Source of the DNA: Minisyncoccota bacterium
Lineage (GTDB): Bacteria; Patescibacteriota; Minisyncoccia; Phycocordibacterales; JAQTLZ01
Assembly (NCBI GenBank): GCA_028714635.1
Contig: JAQTLZ010000001.1
Span: 15,650 to 79,649 of the forward strand
Direction of reading: 5' to 3'
DNA: 64,000 nt
Below the pieces are notes generated by a model, which saw nothing but the letters and a program-made list of their open reading frames with translations, was not told where the DNA came from and did not search any database. Both the position numbers and the translations under genes were made by a program. Below are positions 1 to 10,156 of the stretch, piece by piece (positions within the stretch are counted from its first letter, which is position 1; the number at the start of each line of letters is the position of its first letter).

Positions 1-1027
1 TTCGATGAAGGAATTTCTTTGTAGTTGGAGAAAGCCGCAATTTTTTTGCAATTTTTCTAAAAAGCGATGATACATTTCTGTACTGTTTGACTCTTAACAC
101 ATAACCCTGGAGGCTATTTCTGCGAATATAAATTTTTTCAGGAAGATTTATATTTATTGGAGGATGCGGTTTTTCAAGCACGTCTTTCAAATTAACTACA
201 AAAATATCGCCTAGATTTCTAAGTTCGTCCATAATATTCCTCGTGAAATTTGAACAGTCAAATGCTGTAATAAAATGAAGGGCTTTAGGATTGAAAACAT
301 AGTAATGCTCTAAGAGTATGTCTCTCCAGTTATAATTTACTCTTCCAGCATCGTATTCTCTTAGATAATATGATCTAGTAAAGTGTATTCTGTGCAAATA
401 TTCAGCATCTGGGCATGTATACGCTACGAGCCCAGCGCAAAGAAATCTCCAAGAAAATCCTTGGGTATCGAAGCCGTGTTTGGTTGGATATCCGCCAATC
501 TTTTGAAAAGCGTTTTTCGTGTACATGAACGTGACGTCGAGCGGGCAGAATTCTTCTTCTGGCCTTATAAGTGATTTGAATGGTATTTTTTTGTCCGGAT
601 AAGGGGATACATCTATGTGATCGATGTTTTTTATGTTGTTTCCTCCAAATTTTATCGAGCGATGTATGCTTACGCCATCACATTTTTTTTCCTTTAAATA
701 TTGGTACATTTTCGAAAGAGATCCCGCTGGTAAAAGATCGTCGCTATCAAGGCAAAATATGACTTCACTTAGGGATTTTGCTACCGCAGTATTTCGAGTT
801 GCGCCACCTCCCTGATTTTTTTCATGAAAAAAATATCGAATATTTTTGTGTTCTAGAGCGAGTTGTTTGATAAGCGCGGGCGTACTATCTGTTGAACCAT
901 CATCAACCATTAGTACTTCAAATTCATCATTTTGAAACCCCTGTGTATAGCAAGAATTTACAGCTTCTGCCAATGTCTTTTCGCAGTTATAGCATGGAAT
1001 TATAAGGCTTAATTTGAGGTTGGGCAT
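1..1027 (-). CDS. GT2 family glycosyltransferase (3' end runs off the window)
   Basis: Not in the ORF track. Manual translation from ATG at 1027 gives MPNLKLSLIIPCYNCEKTL...LMVDDGSTD...NQGGGATRN...FCLDSDD, the canonical GT2 motifs. Confidence 0.9.
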   Translation of the reverse strand, partial: MPNLKLSLIIPCYNCEKTLAEAVNSCYTQGFQNDEFEVLMVDDGSTDSTPALIKQLALEHKNIRYFFHEKNQGGGATRNTAVAKSLSEVIFCLDSDDLLPAGSLSKMYQYLKEKKCDGVSIHRSIKFGGNNIKNIDHIDVSPYPDKKIPFKSLIRPEEEFCPLDVTFMYTKNAFQKIGGYPTKHGFDTQGFSWRFLCAGLVAYTCPDAEYLHRIHFTRSYYLREYDAGRVNYNWRDILLEHYYVFNPKALHFITAFDCSNFTRNIMDELRNLGDIFVVNLKDVLEKPHPPININLPEKIYIRRNSLQGYVLRVKQYRNVSSLFRKIAKKLRLSPTTKKFLHR

Positions 1028-1053
1028 GACAGTATGAGTTTATCTTAAGGAAT

Positions 1054-2019
1054 CTATTGAAGCAATTTTTTCAACAATTTTGTGATCTTGAGAAATACCA
1101 ATATTTGTACAAAGAAATGCAATATCTTATCTCTCTTTCTCCCGCCCATTTTGCCATAAAATTCTTTTAATAATTCAATTGCCCCAACATTTTCTGTGAT
1201 TTTGTCTCCCATTATTATAAGTTCATTCTTATCAAGATCGACTTCGAAAGGACTTTTGCCGAGCAATCGATTGAGAGCAGTAAAATGGGTTCCATTGAAT
1301 AGCCCATTATTTTTTATAAGAGATCTGGGAGAATTCACCGCCAATCCGTTATTCAATGTTATGGCGATGTACCAACAAATGTCCCAGGGAATAGGATGTG
1401 CTTTTAATGAACCCAGGCATCTAAAAGCACCATCCAGCTCAATTTTGTTTTTTTGTTCTTCAGATAAAAGAGAAAGAGCTTCGTGTTCATTTTGGAACCA
1501 GTGAAATTTATCCCAACGATTTTTCCATGTACCCCATCCGCCACCGGTGTTTTCTGAATAGCGCCAAAGAATAGTTTTTCGATAATCATGGGGCATCCGT
1601 ATAAATGTAAAAGACGCTATGTGCATAATTTTTTCCGTATGTTCGTAAAAATCGAGAGCGTCATTCATGAATGTAAGAAAATTCTTTGCAGACACTCCGT
1701 CATCTTCTAAAACTATAATTTTTCCGTATTTGTTTACTATTTCGGTGACCCCCTCGATTATATTTCTTTCGAGATATATATTTTCTCTTCTTTCTGTGAT
1801 GGTTACAGATTTGAATCCTGTAACTGTCTTTAAATACTTTCGAACTTCTTCCACGTCTTTTTTGCTTCGCTCGGTCTTTGGTCCGTCAGAAAAAAAGAAG
1901 ACATCTGTTTTGCTCGCCAAGTAATTTTTTTGAAGCGCCGCAACTACTTCTTGAGTGTTATCTGGACGGTTATAAACAAAAATAGCGACAGGAGCCAATT
2001 TTCTTTGTGAGGTTTCCAT
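1054..2019 (-). CDS. GT-A fold glycosyltransferase
   Basis: APVAIFVYNRP, FSDGPK and IVLEDD motifs; lies in the glycan locus. Confidence 0.85.
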   Translation of the reverse strand: METSQRKLAPVAIFVYNRPDNTQEVVAALQKNYLASKTDVFFFSDGPKTERSKKDVEEVRKYLKTVTGFKSVTITERRENIYLERNIIEGVTEIVNKYGKIIVLEDDGVSAKNFLTFMNDALDFYEHTEKIMHIASFTFIRMPHDYRKTILWRYSENTGGGWGTWKNRWDKFHWFQNEHEALSLLSEEQKNKIELDGAFRCLGSLKAHPIPWDICWYIAITLNNGLAVNSPRSLIKNNGLFNGTHFTALNRLLGKSPFEVDLDKNELIIMGDKITENVGAIELLKEFYGKMGGRKRDKILHFFVQILVFLKITKLLKKLLQ

Positions 2020-2024
2020 AAAGA

Positions 2025-2810
2025 TTATTTATGCAATGCTCGCGGGTGATTACAGGGAGTATGGGGAAGGATAGTTTTTGCGTGAACTATCCGCTTTTCA
2101 GGGGTTGGAGGAGTCATATAATTCTTGTATATGACAGATAAATATTCATGAGGCTTTCCTGGTCCGGGGTAGAGCCTGCTCTCGAATTTTATGTCTTTAA
2201 GTGGGTAGAGATATTCGAGAGGTATAGCATACATATAGCCGTTGTCTTCAGGTGTTTGTCCAATTTTGTCGCCCCTGAAGGGTGAAAAGATGAACCAGAT
2301 TAATTTACAAAAAAGATAGGCCGAATAATTTAAAACAACATTTTTTGATTTTACGAAAGTGTTTTCTCGCGTCCTTAAAGTTGCGTAGGTTAGAACTCTC
2401 CGCAACATTCTCGGCATCCTTGGGTATACCACTGAAGGAAAAATATCTATATAGATGCCATGGTGATACGGTTCCGTACCCGTTTCGTGGTGTTCAAGAA
2501 AGGTAGAATAGCAATCACGGAGTTTGGCAAAGTATTGTTTGTATGCTTTGTCAGTTTGGGGGATTTGAAGAAAAACATCCCGTGGCAACTCTTTTCCTCC
2601 GATTTCTATGAATTTTCGGTAATCTGCTATGGGCATTGAGACATCTATGTCATCATCCCACGGAATAAAACCTCCGTGTCGCACAGCGCCGAGTAAAGTA
2701 CCGAAATCGATCCAATACGTTAATTGGTGTTTTTTGCAAATTGCGTCAAGCGCCCCCAAGAGTTTCAACTGTACTTGACGGCATTCCTCTCTCTCTTGTT
2801 CGTTTATCAT
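2025..2810 (-). CDS. licD: LicD family phosphotransferase
   Basis: GTLLGAVRHGGFIPWDDDIDV and IYIDIFP LicD signatures. Confidence 0.92.
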   Translation of the reverse strand: MINEQEREECRQVQLKLLGALDAICKKHQLTYWIDFGTLLGAVRHGGFIPWDDDIDVSMPIADYRKFIEIGGKELPRDVFLQIPQTDKAYKQYFAKLRDCYSTFLEHHETGTEPYHHGIYIDIFPSVVYPRMPRMLRRVLTYATLRTRENTFVKSKNVVLNYSAYLFCKLIWFIFSPFRGDKIGQTPEDNGYMYAIPLEYLYPLKDIKFESRLYPGPGKPHEYLSVIYKNYMTPPTPEKRIVHAKTILPHTPCNHPRALHK

Positions 2811-2834
2811 AATTCGATTTTCACTACGGGATAA

Positions 2835-4175
2835 TTATATTTCTCTTGAAATTCCAACTCTAGAAGCGCTTCTCGACTTATGGGCACCCATGAAGCTTAG
2901 TGCTAATATTGGCGCAGCTGAATAAGAGATAAGTGTTGCCCAAGCTGCTCCTGTTAAACCGAATTTACTGATAAGTAAGAAATTTAGAAGAATATTCAGG
3001 ATCATTGGGAAAAGGTACAAGTAGAAAATTACTTTCAATTGGTTTTCGGATAAGAAATATTGCTGCAGGCCCCATAACGTAAACAACCCGATTCCAGACC
3101 AAACGTAAATTCTTAAGATTGGCACGGCTTCCATATAAGCATTACCGAATAAAAGCTTGATTGCCCATGGCGCAAAAAAAGTTGAAGGAACGGCGATTAT
3201 CACTCCTATAAAAGCTAAAAGCATGTACAATTTTTGCAGACGATCTTTATATATTTTTTCGCTAACTTTTTTTGCGTTTACAATTGCAGGCAAAAGCGAT
3301 GAGCAGATAATTCCAGGAATAAAGTACCATATTTCAACTAATCGTACTGCAGCTGCATAGAAACCCACCGATGTCTCGCCCAAGTACCATTTGATCATTA
3401 TTTGATCGACTTTTAAGAATAAGAAACTGGCACCAGCTGCAAGCATAAGAAAAAGTCCTCCCCATAACATATCTCTTGCTATTTCTCTTTCAAAATTCCA
3501 GTGTCGGAAATTGTATCCATTCTTCCTGTAGATGTAAAAACTCATGGCCGCATTCAGCAAAGATTCAAAAACGAGGATAAATATAAGCCAGGTAACTCCC
3601 TTCCCGTATACAATAAGCATAACTTTTAACACTGACGCTGCCGTGGTTGATATCATGGATACGCTGACGTTTTTTTTCGCCTGAACTGATGATTGGAAAA
3701 AGGTAGAGATAATTACGAATCCTGACCAGATGAAGGTGGAAGAGTATAGAATTATCAGATTTCTAAGGAAAAAAGACGGTTCAAAGATAAAGGCCGATAT
3801 GACGACCGATAAAAAAGCAATAATTCCCCCGCAAAATAAAAGAATGAAGCTGGTTCCCATGAGAGCCTCTCTTTTTTCTGGGTGTTTTACTAAATCACGA
3901 GCTAAAATGGTTCCGATGCCTAAATTTGCGATGAATCCGAAGATCCCAACAAAGGCAAAAACATAGTTTGCAATGCCGTAATTGGTTGGTCCGAGATATC
4001 TTGCCACCCATGCTCCGATGAAAAAGGTCATCAGTAAATAAAACATTTGTCCGAAGAACATCCAGCTGGTATTCATAAAATATTTCTTAAAGCCATCTCC
4101 CCATTGTCCAATGAGGCGTTCATACATCCACTCCGGCATAAGATGTTTTATGATTTTGAGCAAATAGTTAAACAT
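2835..4175 (-). CDS. Wzx-type polysaccharide flippase
   Basis: Multi-pass membrane protein with VARYLGPxxYG and KVDQIMI...VGFYAAAVRL motifs. Confidence 0.9.
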   Translation of the reverse strand: MFNYLLKIIKHLMPEWMYERLIGQWGDGFKKYFMNTSWMFFGQMFYLLMTFFIGAWVARYLGPTNYGIANYVFAFVGIFGFIANLGIGTILARDLVKHPEKREALMGTSFILLFCGGIIAFLSVVISAFIFEPSFFLRNLIILYSSTFIWSGFVIISTFFQSSVQAKKNVSVSMISTTAASVLKVMLIVYGKGVTWLIFILVFESLLNAAMSFYIYRKNGYNFRHWNFEREIARDMLWGGLFLMLAAGASFLFLKVDQIMIKWYLGETSVGFYAAAVRLVEIWYFIPGIICSSLLPAIVNAKKVSEKIYKDRLQKLYMLLAFIGVIIAVPSTFFAPWAIKLLFGNAYMEAVPILRIYVWSGIGLFTLWGLQQYFLSENQLKVIFYLYLFPMILNILLNFLLISKFGLTGAAWATLISYSAAPILALSFMGAHKSRSASRVGISREI

Positions 4176-4194
4176 TTTTTTTGAAGTCCACTTT

Positions 4195-5352
4195 CTAGTA
4201 TATATTTTTTACGATCTCTGCAAGTTCACTGTCCTCGATTTTTCTAGGATTATTTCGTAGGCGCTCCTGGTTCGTTTCTCGTATGATCGTACTCCTTACT
4301 TCTTCAAGATTATATTTTTTTTCAGTAAACCATTTTCTAGGCAAACCAATTTTGTCCATCAATTTTTCCAGGAAAGCAGCTACGTCATCTGCCTCATGGT
4401 GTATTCCAAAAAAAGAATAAAGGTTTTGCATTCTTTGTCGAAAGGAATAAAGCTCGAGACGAGTATCGATATTTTGTGAAGTTATTTTACCGTTCATTCT
4501 AAACATTGTTGGTAAAGTGAGGCTAACAGCATGGCCATGCGGTAGGCCATAGTGGGCGGTCATGGCATATGAAAACGCATGAGGTGCTGTAGTTCTCGCG
4601 ATGTTTATTGCTTTGCCTGACAAGTGTGCAGCATTTAACATCTCTTTTCTCTCTGTTTTGTTTGGATTCACAACAGCTTTCTCTAGATGCTTTAAACAGG
4701 TCCGTATGCATTCTTCGCTGTATCGCAGGGATTCATTAGTCGCGTTAACTGCCCAGTATGATTCAATTCCTTGAGCAAAGGCATCCATTCCAGCACACGC
4801 TGTCAGGTAAGGAGATTGTGATTCTGTGAATTTTGCATTTAAAAGTACATGCGAGGGTAAGACTGAACTATGATCAACTGATTTTTTGATCATTCCATCG
4901 TACAGTACAGCAAATTGGGTAGTCTCACTTCCAGTGCCGGCCGTTGTTGGTACAGCCATAAGAGGCATGCAGGATTGGGCCGGGATTTTCTCCTCCGGGC
5001 TATATTTCTTGGGAGCAATTTTATGGGATACGAAAAAATTGATTGATTTTGCGATATCGATAGCGCTTCCTCCGCCCACACCTATGATAAGACTGTGGGG
5101 CAGACTTCTGAACACTTCTATTCCTCTTTCTACATCCTCCATCTTTGGATTAGAGGAGAAATCATGAAAAAAAGTCATAGGAATATTGGGTATCGTTTCG
5201 AAAAATGCTTTTGCTCCAGACAATTTAAAAGAAGACTCTCCAGCAACGACAAATACTGATGAATTTTTTTCTCGTCCATCTAAGAATTTTTCAACGAACT
5301 CTAAAGACCCCTTTTCTCCGGAGTGAACATTTTGGATTTTTGTATCATTCAT
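4195..5352 (-). CDS. Phosphonoacetaldehyde reductase (group III Fe-alcohol dehydrogenase)
   Basis: GGGSAIDIAK, PTTAGTGSETT, and His ligands in HAFSY and HGHAV; directly downstream of the decarboxylase. Confidence 0.88.
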   Translation of the reverse strand: MNDTKIQNVHSGEKGSLEFVEKFLDGREKNSSVFVVAGESSFKLSGAKAFFETIPNIPMTFFHDFSSNPKMEDVERGIEVFRSLPHSLIIGVGGGSAIDIAKSINFFVSHKIAPKKYSPEEKIPAQSCMPLMAVPTTAGTGSETTQFAVLYDGMIKKSVDHSSVLPSHVLLNAKFTESQSPYLTACAGMDAFAQGIESYWAVNATNESLRYSEECIRTCLKHLEKAVVNPNKTERKEMLNAAHLSGKAINIARTTAPHAFSYAMTAHYGLPHGHAVSLTLPTMFRMNGKITSQNIDTRLELYSFRQRMQNLYSFFGIHHEADDVAAFLEKLMDKIGLPRKWFTEKKYNLEEVRSTIIRETNQERLRNNPRKIEDSELAEIVKNIY

Positions 5353-6469
5353 TTTTTCCGTTCAGGAAGCTCATAAGCATATCCTTATTTTCTACGGGGG
5401 TAGAAGTTGGTCGACCCAAATCATTGCGTACTTCTAAAGAAACTTTGATCTCGAGAAGATTTTTTCCTTTTGTTTTTAAAAGTACTGGCATGATTTTTTT
5501 GACTTCTCTCCTTGTGTGAACTGATTTCACAAATGTGTAACCGCAAGCTTTTGCTATTTTGGGGAAATCTATTTTAAAACCAACAGTCGGTTGTCCTCCA
5601 ACTGAACCATGGGCTCCATTGTTTAATATAATATGCTTAAAATTTTTTAAAGAGGATTGGCCAATGATTGCTAATGATCCAAGATGCATAAGCGCTGCGC
5701 CGTCTCCATCCAAACAGACTACTGTACGTTTCGGATGGCGCATCGCAATTCCCATTGCAATCTGTGAAGCGTGTCCCATCGAACCTACAGTCAGAAAATC
5801 TTTTCGGTGGTCATCTTTGCGAAGCTCAAAGAGTTCGCGAGAGATATGCCCAGTGGAAGAGATGACTGCTGCATGATGAGGAAGTGATGACACTATCTCT
5901 CGAATCGCATCTTCTCTTGAGAGAAGAAAAGAAGATTTTTTTGTCGAGACAGCATATTTCTCAAACGTATCTTTTTTTGCGATGAGTGCAACGGGGCAGC
6001 TATGTTTAATTGCATAAGTAATTATCTCTGAAATCACTTTTCGAGCGTCTAGTTCGTTTTCAGGTATTATTTTCCAGGCTATTCCCATTGCATCTAGTAA
6101 AGGCAAAGTTACTTTGCCTTGTTTGATATGCTGGGGCTCATCTTGTACTCCCGGTTCTCCTCGCCAACCAATGAGAAGAATCATGGGGATTCCATACACT
6201 TCTGGATCGGCAAGTGAAAGAAGGGGATTGACTGCGTTTCCTTGTCCAGCATTCTGCATATATACAAGAGCGGGTTTGCCTGTGGCGAGATAGTGTCCTG
6301 TGGCTAACCCAACAGCGCCACCTTCGTTTGCCGCAATAACATGTTTTTCACTTGGTACATTGACGGAAAGGAAGGCACAAAAATCTTTTAGGAGTGAATC
6401 AGGAATACCCGTAAAGAATGAAATCCCTTGCTGGTCAAGCCAATTATAGAATTTTTTAGAGCCGATCAT
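5345..6469 (-). CDS. aepY: Phosphonopyruvate decarboxylase
   Basis: FFTGIPDSLLK, GWRGEPGVQDEPQH, VGSMGHASQIA and the ThDP motif DGDGAALMH. Confidence 0.95.
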   Translation of the reverse strand: MIGSKKFYNWLDQQGISFFTGIPDSLLKDFCAFLSVNVPSEKHVIAANEGGAVGLATGHYLATGKPALVYMQNAGQGNAVNPLLSLADPEVYGIPMILLIGWRGEPGVQDEPQHIKQGKVTLPLLDAMGIAWKIIPENELDARKVISEIITYAIKHSCPVALIAKKDTFEKYAVSTKKSSFLLSREDAIREIVSSLPHHAAVISSTGHISRELFELRKDDHRKDFLTVGSMGHASQIAMGIAMRHPKRTVVCLDGDGAALMHLGSLAIIGQSSLKNFKHIILNNGAHGSVGGQPTVGFKIDFPKIAKACGYTFVKSVHTRREVKKIMPVLLKTKGKNLLEIKVSLEVRNDLGRPTSTPVENKDMLMSFLNGKNE

Positions 6470-6481
6470 AATTCTGTGGAT

Positions 6482-7774
6482 TTATATTAAATCGATTATT
6501 TCTTTAATGGAGACGCATAATTTATCGGCCTCCTTCGCCCTTCCGTTCATAAGTATTGTCTCTGCTGTTTTCAGCATTGCTGGGTATGAGCTTCTCAGTA
6601 GCTGATTCGCGTATATGACGATCTGCACACCATGTTTATGCAGTTCGGTTTCCGTTACTTGTGAATAGGTACTTGGTGCGACAACTAAAGGCACATGACG
6701 GGAGAGAGGAAGTTTTGCATAAGCTTTACAAAAAGCGAATATTTCATCGGGTGTTTTTTCTTTACTATGAATCATGATGGCGTCAGCGCCAGCTTTTATG
6801 TAAGAGGTGACTCGTTTTAACGCATCTTCGAGGCCAGCTCCTATGATCAAGCTTTCGCATCGCGCAATTATCATAAAATCTTCCGTTACTTGTGCATGTT
6901 TTCCCGCTTTAATTTTCTCGCTCATTTTTTCTATTGTTTCTTGCGGTTGGATGTTTCCTTGATCTAGCAGAGAATTCTGTTTCAATCCCGTTTTATCTTC
7001 TATAATGATGGCAGATACTCCTAGCCGTTCCAATGTCCGAGCAGTAAATACGAATTGTTCTGGATGCCCGCCGCTGTCTCCGTCGTAGATTATTGGTTTT
7101 GTGGTTACCTCTAAAATATCGTTGACCGTATGCAATCTGGAAGTCAGATCCACGCATTCAATATCTGGTTTGCCTTTTGATGTCGAATCTGTGAGACTGC
7201 TAAGCCACATTGCATCAAACTCTTTGTCCTTGCCTTTTTGAGATACTTTGCAATTTTCAACGATTAAACCTCCTAATCCGCTGTGCACCTCCATAACGCT
7301 GATAATGTTTTTGGCATTTAGTAATCTGCGCAGTCTCAATCTGCGAATATCTGGCGTGGTGCCGATCTCTTTTATAGCATTATGAAGCTGGCTTGAAGAA
7401 ATGCCCGAAGTATATTTTGGTTCTATCAATTTACCACCCCACGCTTTTAGTGCATTAATGACTCCTTGTCGAGTCTCTTTTTGTACTCCTTCCCGCCAGT
7501 CATCTCCGTGTACAACATAATCAGGTCTGATTTTTTTCAGATTGGGAACATAGTCTAATGTATCCTGCGGGATTACTTTGGATACGTTTTTCAATCCCTT
7601 CACTATTTCACTCCGCTGTTCGTAAGTCATGTAAGGCAAGCGTTTATAACTAGCGATAGCTTTGTCAGTTAAGATCCCAACTATAACTTCTCCGTATTGG
7701 GATGCAGTGTTTATGATATTCAAATGGCCCGGATGAATTATGTCTGCACTCATTGCTACGTAGACCTTTTTCAT
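6482..7774 (-). CDS. aepX: Phosphoenolpyruvate mutase with N-terminal cytidylyltransferase domain
   Basis: PEP-mutase motif EDK-x5-NS ([10 protein letters not shown]). N-terminal HxGH (HPGH), HGDDW and ISSS nucleotidyltransferase motifs. Confidence 0.95.
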   Translation of the reverse strand: MKKVYVAMSADIIHPGHLNIINTASQYGEVIVGILTDKAIASYKRLPYMTYEQRSEIVKGLKNVSKVIPQDTLDYVPNLKKIRPDYVVHGDDWREGVQKETRQGVINALKAWGGKLIEPKYTSGISSSQLHNAIKEIGTTPDIRRLRLRRLLNAKNIISVMEVHSGLGGLIVENCKVSQKGKDKEFDAMWLSSLTDSTSKGKPDIECVDLTSRLHTVNDILEVTTKPIIYDGDSGGHPEQFVFTARTLERLGVSAIIIEDKTGLKQNSLLDQGNIQPQETIEKMSEKIKAGKHAQVTEDFMIIARCESLIIGAGLEDALKRVTSYIKAGADAIMIHSKEKTPDEIFAFCKAYAKLPLSRHVPLVVAPSTYSQVTETELHKHGVQIVIYANQLLRSSYPAMLKTAETILMNGRAKEADKLCVSIKEIIDLI

Positions 7775-7814
7775 GATTTTTTAAGAATTACTAGATAATT
7801 CGTAATAAATATTC

Positions 7815-8060
7815 TTACCACTCGCTCATTTTATCAGTGACTTTCTTTTTAAGCGAAAGGTAGGAGCGGACAGCTTTCTCTTCGGCTTCGGGAGATATGA
7901 GCCGTATGATTTCCTTTCCGAGTATTCGATATTGCCCACCCACTTTATTAGCACGAATAAGACCCTTTTTGAGAAGCCTTTTCATGGTGCTTGTGCTTAC
8001 ACGGAGAACTTTCTCTGTTTCCGCAGTAGTATAGACGCCATGAGGCTTGATCTCTTCCAT
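7815..8060 (-). CDS. Xis/BldC-like small helix-turn-helix DNA-binding protein
   Basis: YTTAETEKVLRVSTSTMKRLL...ANKVGGQYRI. Start placed at ATG 8060, 7 nt after TATAAT. Confidence 0.85.
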   Translation of the reverse strand: MEEIKPHGVYTTAETEKVLRVSTSTMKRLLKKGLIRANKVGGQYRILGKEIIRLISPEAEEKAVRSYLSLKKKVTDKMSEW

Positions 8061-8067
8061 ACTTGCC

Positions 8068-8100
8068 ATTATAGCAAGGTGTCAGAAGGTGTCAAAAGGT
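8068..8100 (-). promoter_or_regulatory. Sigma70-type promoter overlapped by 10-bp-period direct repeats
   Basis: The minus strand reads TTGACA-N16-TATAAT with an extended -10 TG. The plus strand reads AAGGTGTCAG AAGGTGTCAA AAGGT. Confidence 0.75.
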
Positions 8101-9030
8101 TCACTTGGTATTTTCTTTGTACCAGAGATAAGTTTTCTTGATTCCATCCTCAAGCGAGACACTATGTTTCCAACCAAGAGTGTGAAGACGAGTTACGTCG
8201 AGAAGTTTTCGAGGAGTGCCATCGGGAATTCCGGCATTCCATTTTATTTCTCCCTCAAATTTGATTTCTTCCTTAATAAGATTAGCCAGAGATTCTATAG
8301 TGAGGTCTTCTCCCGTGCCTATGTTTAGATGATCTTTTCCGTCGTAGGTGTTCATAAGAAATATGCATGCAGAGGCAAGATCATCTACGAAGAGGAATTC
8401 TCGACGGGGTTTTCCCGTTCCCCAAAGCGTCACTGATTCTGCGCCAGCTTTTTTCGCATCATCAAATTTTTTGATGAGGGCGGGGATGACGTGAGCGGTT
8501 TCCGGGTTGAAATTGTCATTCGGGCCGTAGAGATTTGTCGGCATTGCAGAGATGAAATTTGTTCCGTATTGCCGATTGTATGATTGACACATTATGATTC
8601 CTGCAATTTTCGCGATCGCGTATGCCTCGTTCGTCTCTTCAAGTTTTCCCGTCAAGAGACTTTCTTCTCGTATCGGTTGGGGAGCGAGTTTCGGATAGAT
8701 GCATGAACTGCCGAGGAAAAGGAGCTTTTTCACTTTGACTCGGTAGCTTTCGTGGATGACATTGCTTTCAATAAGAAGATTCTCGCGGATAAAATCGGCG
8801 GGATAGGTTTGGTTTGCCATTATCCCTCCCACTTTTGCCGCTGCTAAAAATACGTACTCTGGTTTTTCTTTCTCGAAAAAATCGGAAACCGCTCGCGGAT
8901 CGATAAGATCGAGTTCTTTGTGTGTTTTTAAAATGAGATTCTTGTAGCCTTCCGCTTCCAGAGCGCGAGTTATTGCGCTTCCGACAAGACCGGTATGTCC
9001 TGCTACAAATATTTTTGATTCTTTGTCCAT
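8101..9030 (-). CDS. fcl: GDP-L-fucose synthase
   Basis: [39 protein letters not shown]. Confidence 0.97.
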   Translation of the reverse strand: MDKESKIFVAGHTGLVGSAITRALEAEGYKNLILKTHKELDLIDPRAVSDFFEKEKPEYVFLAAAKVGGIMANQTYPADFIRENLLIESNVIHESYRVKVKKLLFLGSSCIYPKLAPQPIREESLLTGKLEETNEAYAIAKIAGIIMCQSYNRQYGTNFISAMPTNLYGPNDNFNPETAHVIPALIKKFDDAKKAGAESVTLWGTGKPRREFLFVDDLASACIFLMNTYDGKDHLNIGTGEDLTIESLANLIKEEIKFEGEIKWNAGIPDGTPRKLLDVTRLHTLGWKHSVSLEDGIKKTYLWYKENTK

Positions 9031-9034
9031 CTTT

Positions 9035-10069
9035 TTATTTTTCTTCCGCGAGTTTGAGATCAGCTTCAGCCATAATTTTTACGAGTTCCTTAAATCCCAC
9101 TTTTGGCTTCCATCCGAATGTTTTGAATGCTTTGGTCGCATCCCCGAGGAGCACATCCACTTCTGCGGGACGAAAATATCTCGGATCGATTTCGATAATA
9201 GTTTTTCCTGTTTTTTTATCCATCCCTTTTTCTTCGAGTCCCTTTCCTTTCCACTCGATTTCAAAGCCGAGGAGCTTTGCCGATTCTTCGACAAACTCTC
9301 GTACAGTATGTGTTTCGCCTGTAGCCAAGAGATAATCATCAGGCTTTTCTTCTTGAAGCATTTGCCACATTCCATAGACGAAGTCCTTTGCGTAGCCCCA
9401 GTCTCTTTTGGCATCCAAATTTCCGAGAAAAAGTTTTTCATCTTTTCCGACCTTAATTCTCGAAAGCCCTCGGGTGATTTTTCTGGTAACAAATGTTTCT
9501 CCTCGGCGAGGGGATTCGTGGTTGAACAAAATTCCGTTACAAGCGAAAAGGCCGTAACTTTCTCGATAGTTTTTGGTGATCCAGTAGGCGTAAAGTTTTG
9601 CGCACCCATAGGGAGATCGGGGATAGAAGGGGCTGGTTTCCTTGAGCGGGAGTTCAATTGCTTTCCCGAACATTTCGCTTGACGAAGCTTGGTAAAATTT
9701 TGTTTTAATTCCGGTGTCTCTGATTGCGTCGAGAATGCGAAGTGTTCCCAATCCGTCTGTATCTGCCGTATATTCTGGAATATCGAAACTCACGCGGACA
9801 TGGCTTTGCGCTCCGAGATTATAAATTTCATCTGGCTTCACTTCTTCCAGGATTCTGTTTAGATTACTTCCATCTCCGAGATCTCCGTAGTGAAGAAACA
9901 ATTTTACTCCTCGTATGTGAGGATCCTGGTACAAGTGTTCAATTCTCTCTGTATTAAAGGTGCTTGCGCGTCTTATGATGCCATGGACCTCGTATCCTTT
10001 TTCGAGAAGCAGTTCTGCCAAGTATGAGCCATCCTGGCCTGTAATTCCCGTAATGAGAGCGCGTTTCAT
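9035..10069 (-). CDS. gmd: GDP-mannose 4,6-dehydratase
   Basis: [12 protein letters not shown] and [15 protein letters not shown]. Start trimmed to MKRALITG. Confidence 0.97.
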   Translation of the reverse strand: MKRALITGITGQDGSYLAELLLEKGYEVHGIIRRASTFNTERIEHLYQDPHIRGVKLFLHYGDLGDGSNLNRILEEVKPDEIYNLGAQSHVRVSFDIPEYTADTDGLGTLRILDAIRDTGIKTKFYQASSSEMFGKAIELPLKETSPFYPRSPYGCAKLYAYWITKNYRESYGLFACNGILFNHESPRRGETFVTRKITRGLSRIKVGKDEKLFLGNLDAKRDWGYAKDFVYGMWQMLQEEKPDDYLLATGETHTVREFVEESAKLLGFEIEWKGKGLEEKGMDKKTGKTIIEIDPRYFRPAEVDVLLGDATKAFKTFGWKPKVGFKELVKIMAEADLKLAEEK

Positions 10070-10156
10070 CGTCGTTTCATCGTATCCCGCTCTTTTTTTG
10101 ATGTCAATCAATCTCTTCGGTTTTTTGAAGTTGAAGCGTGTGGTATAGTACCTCTC

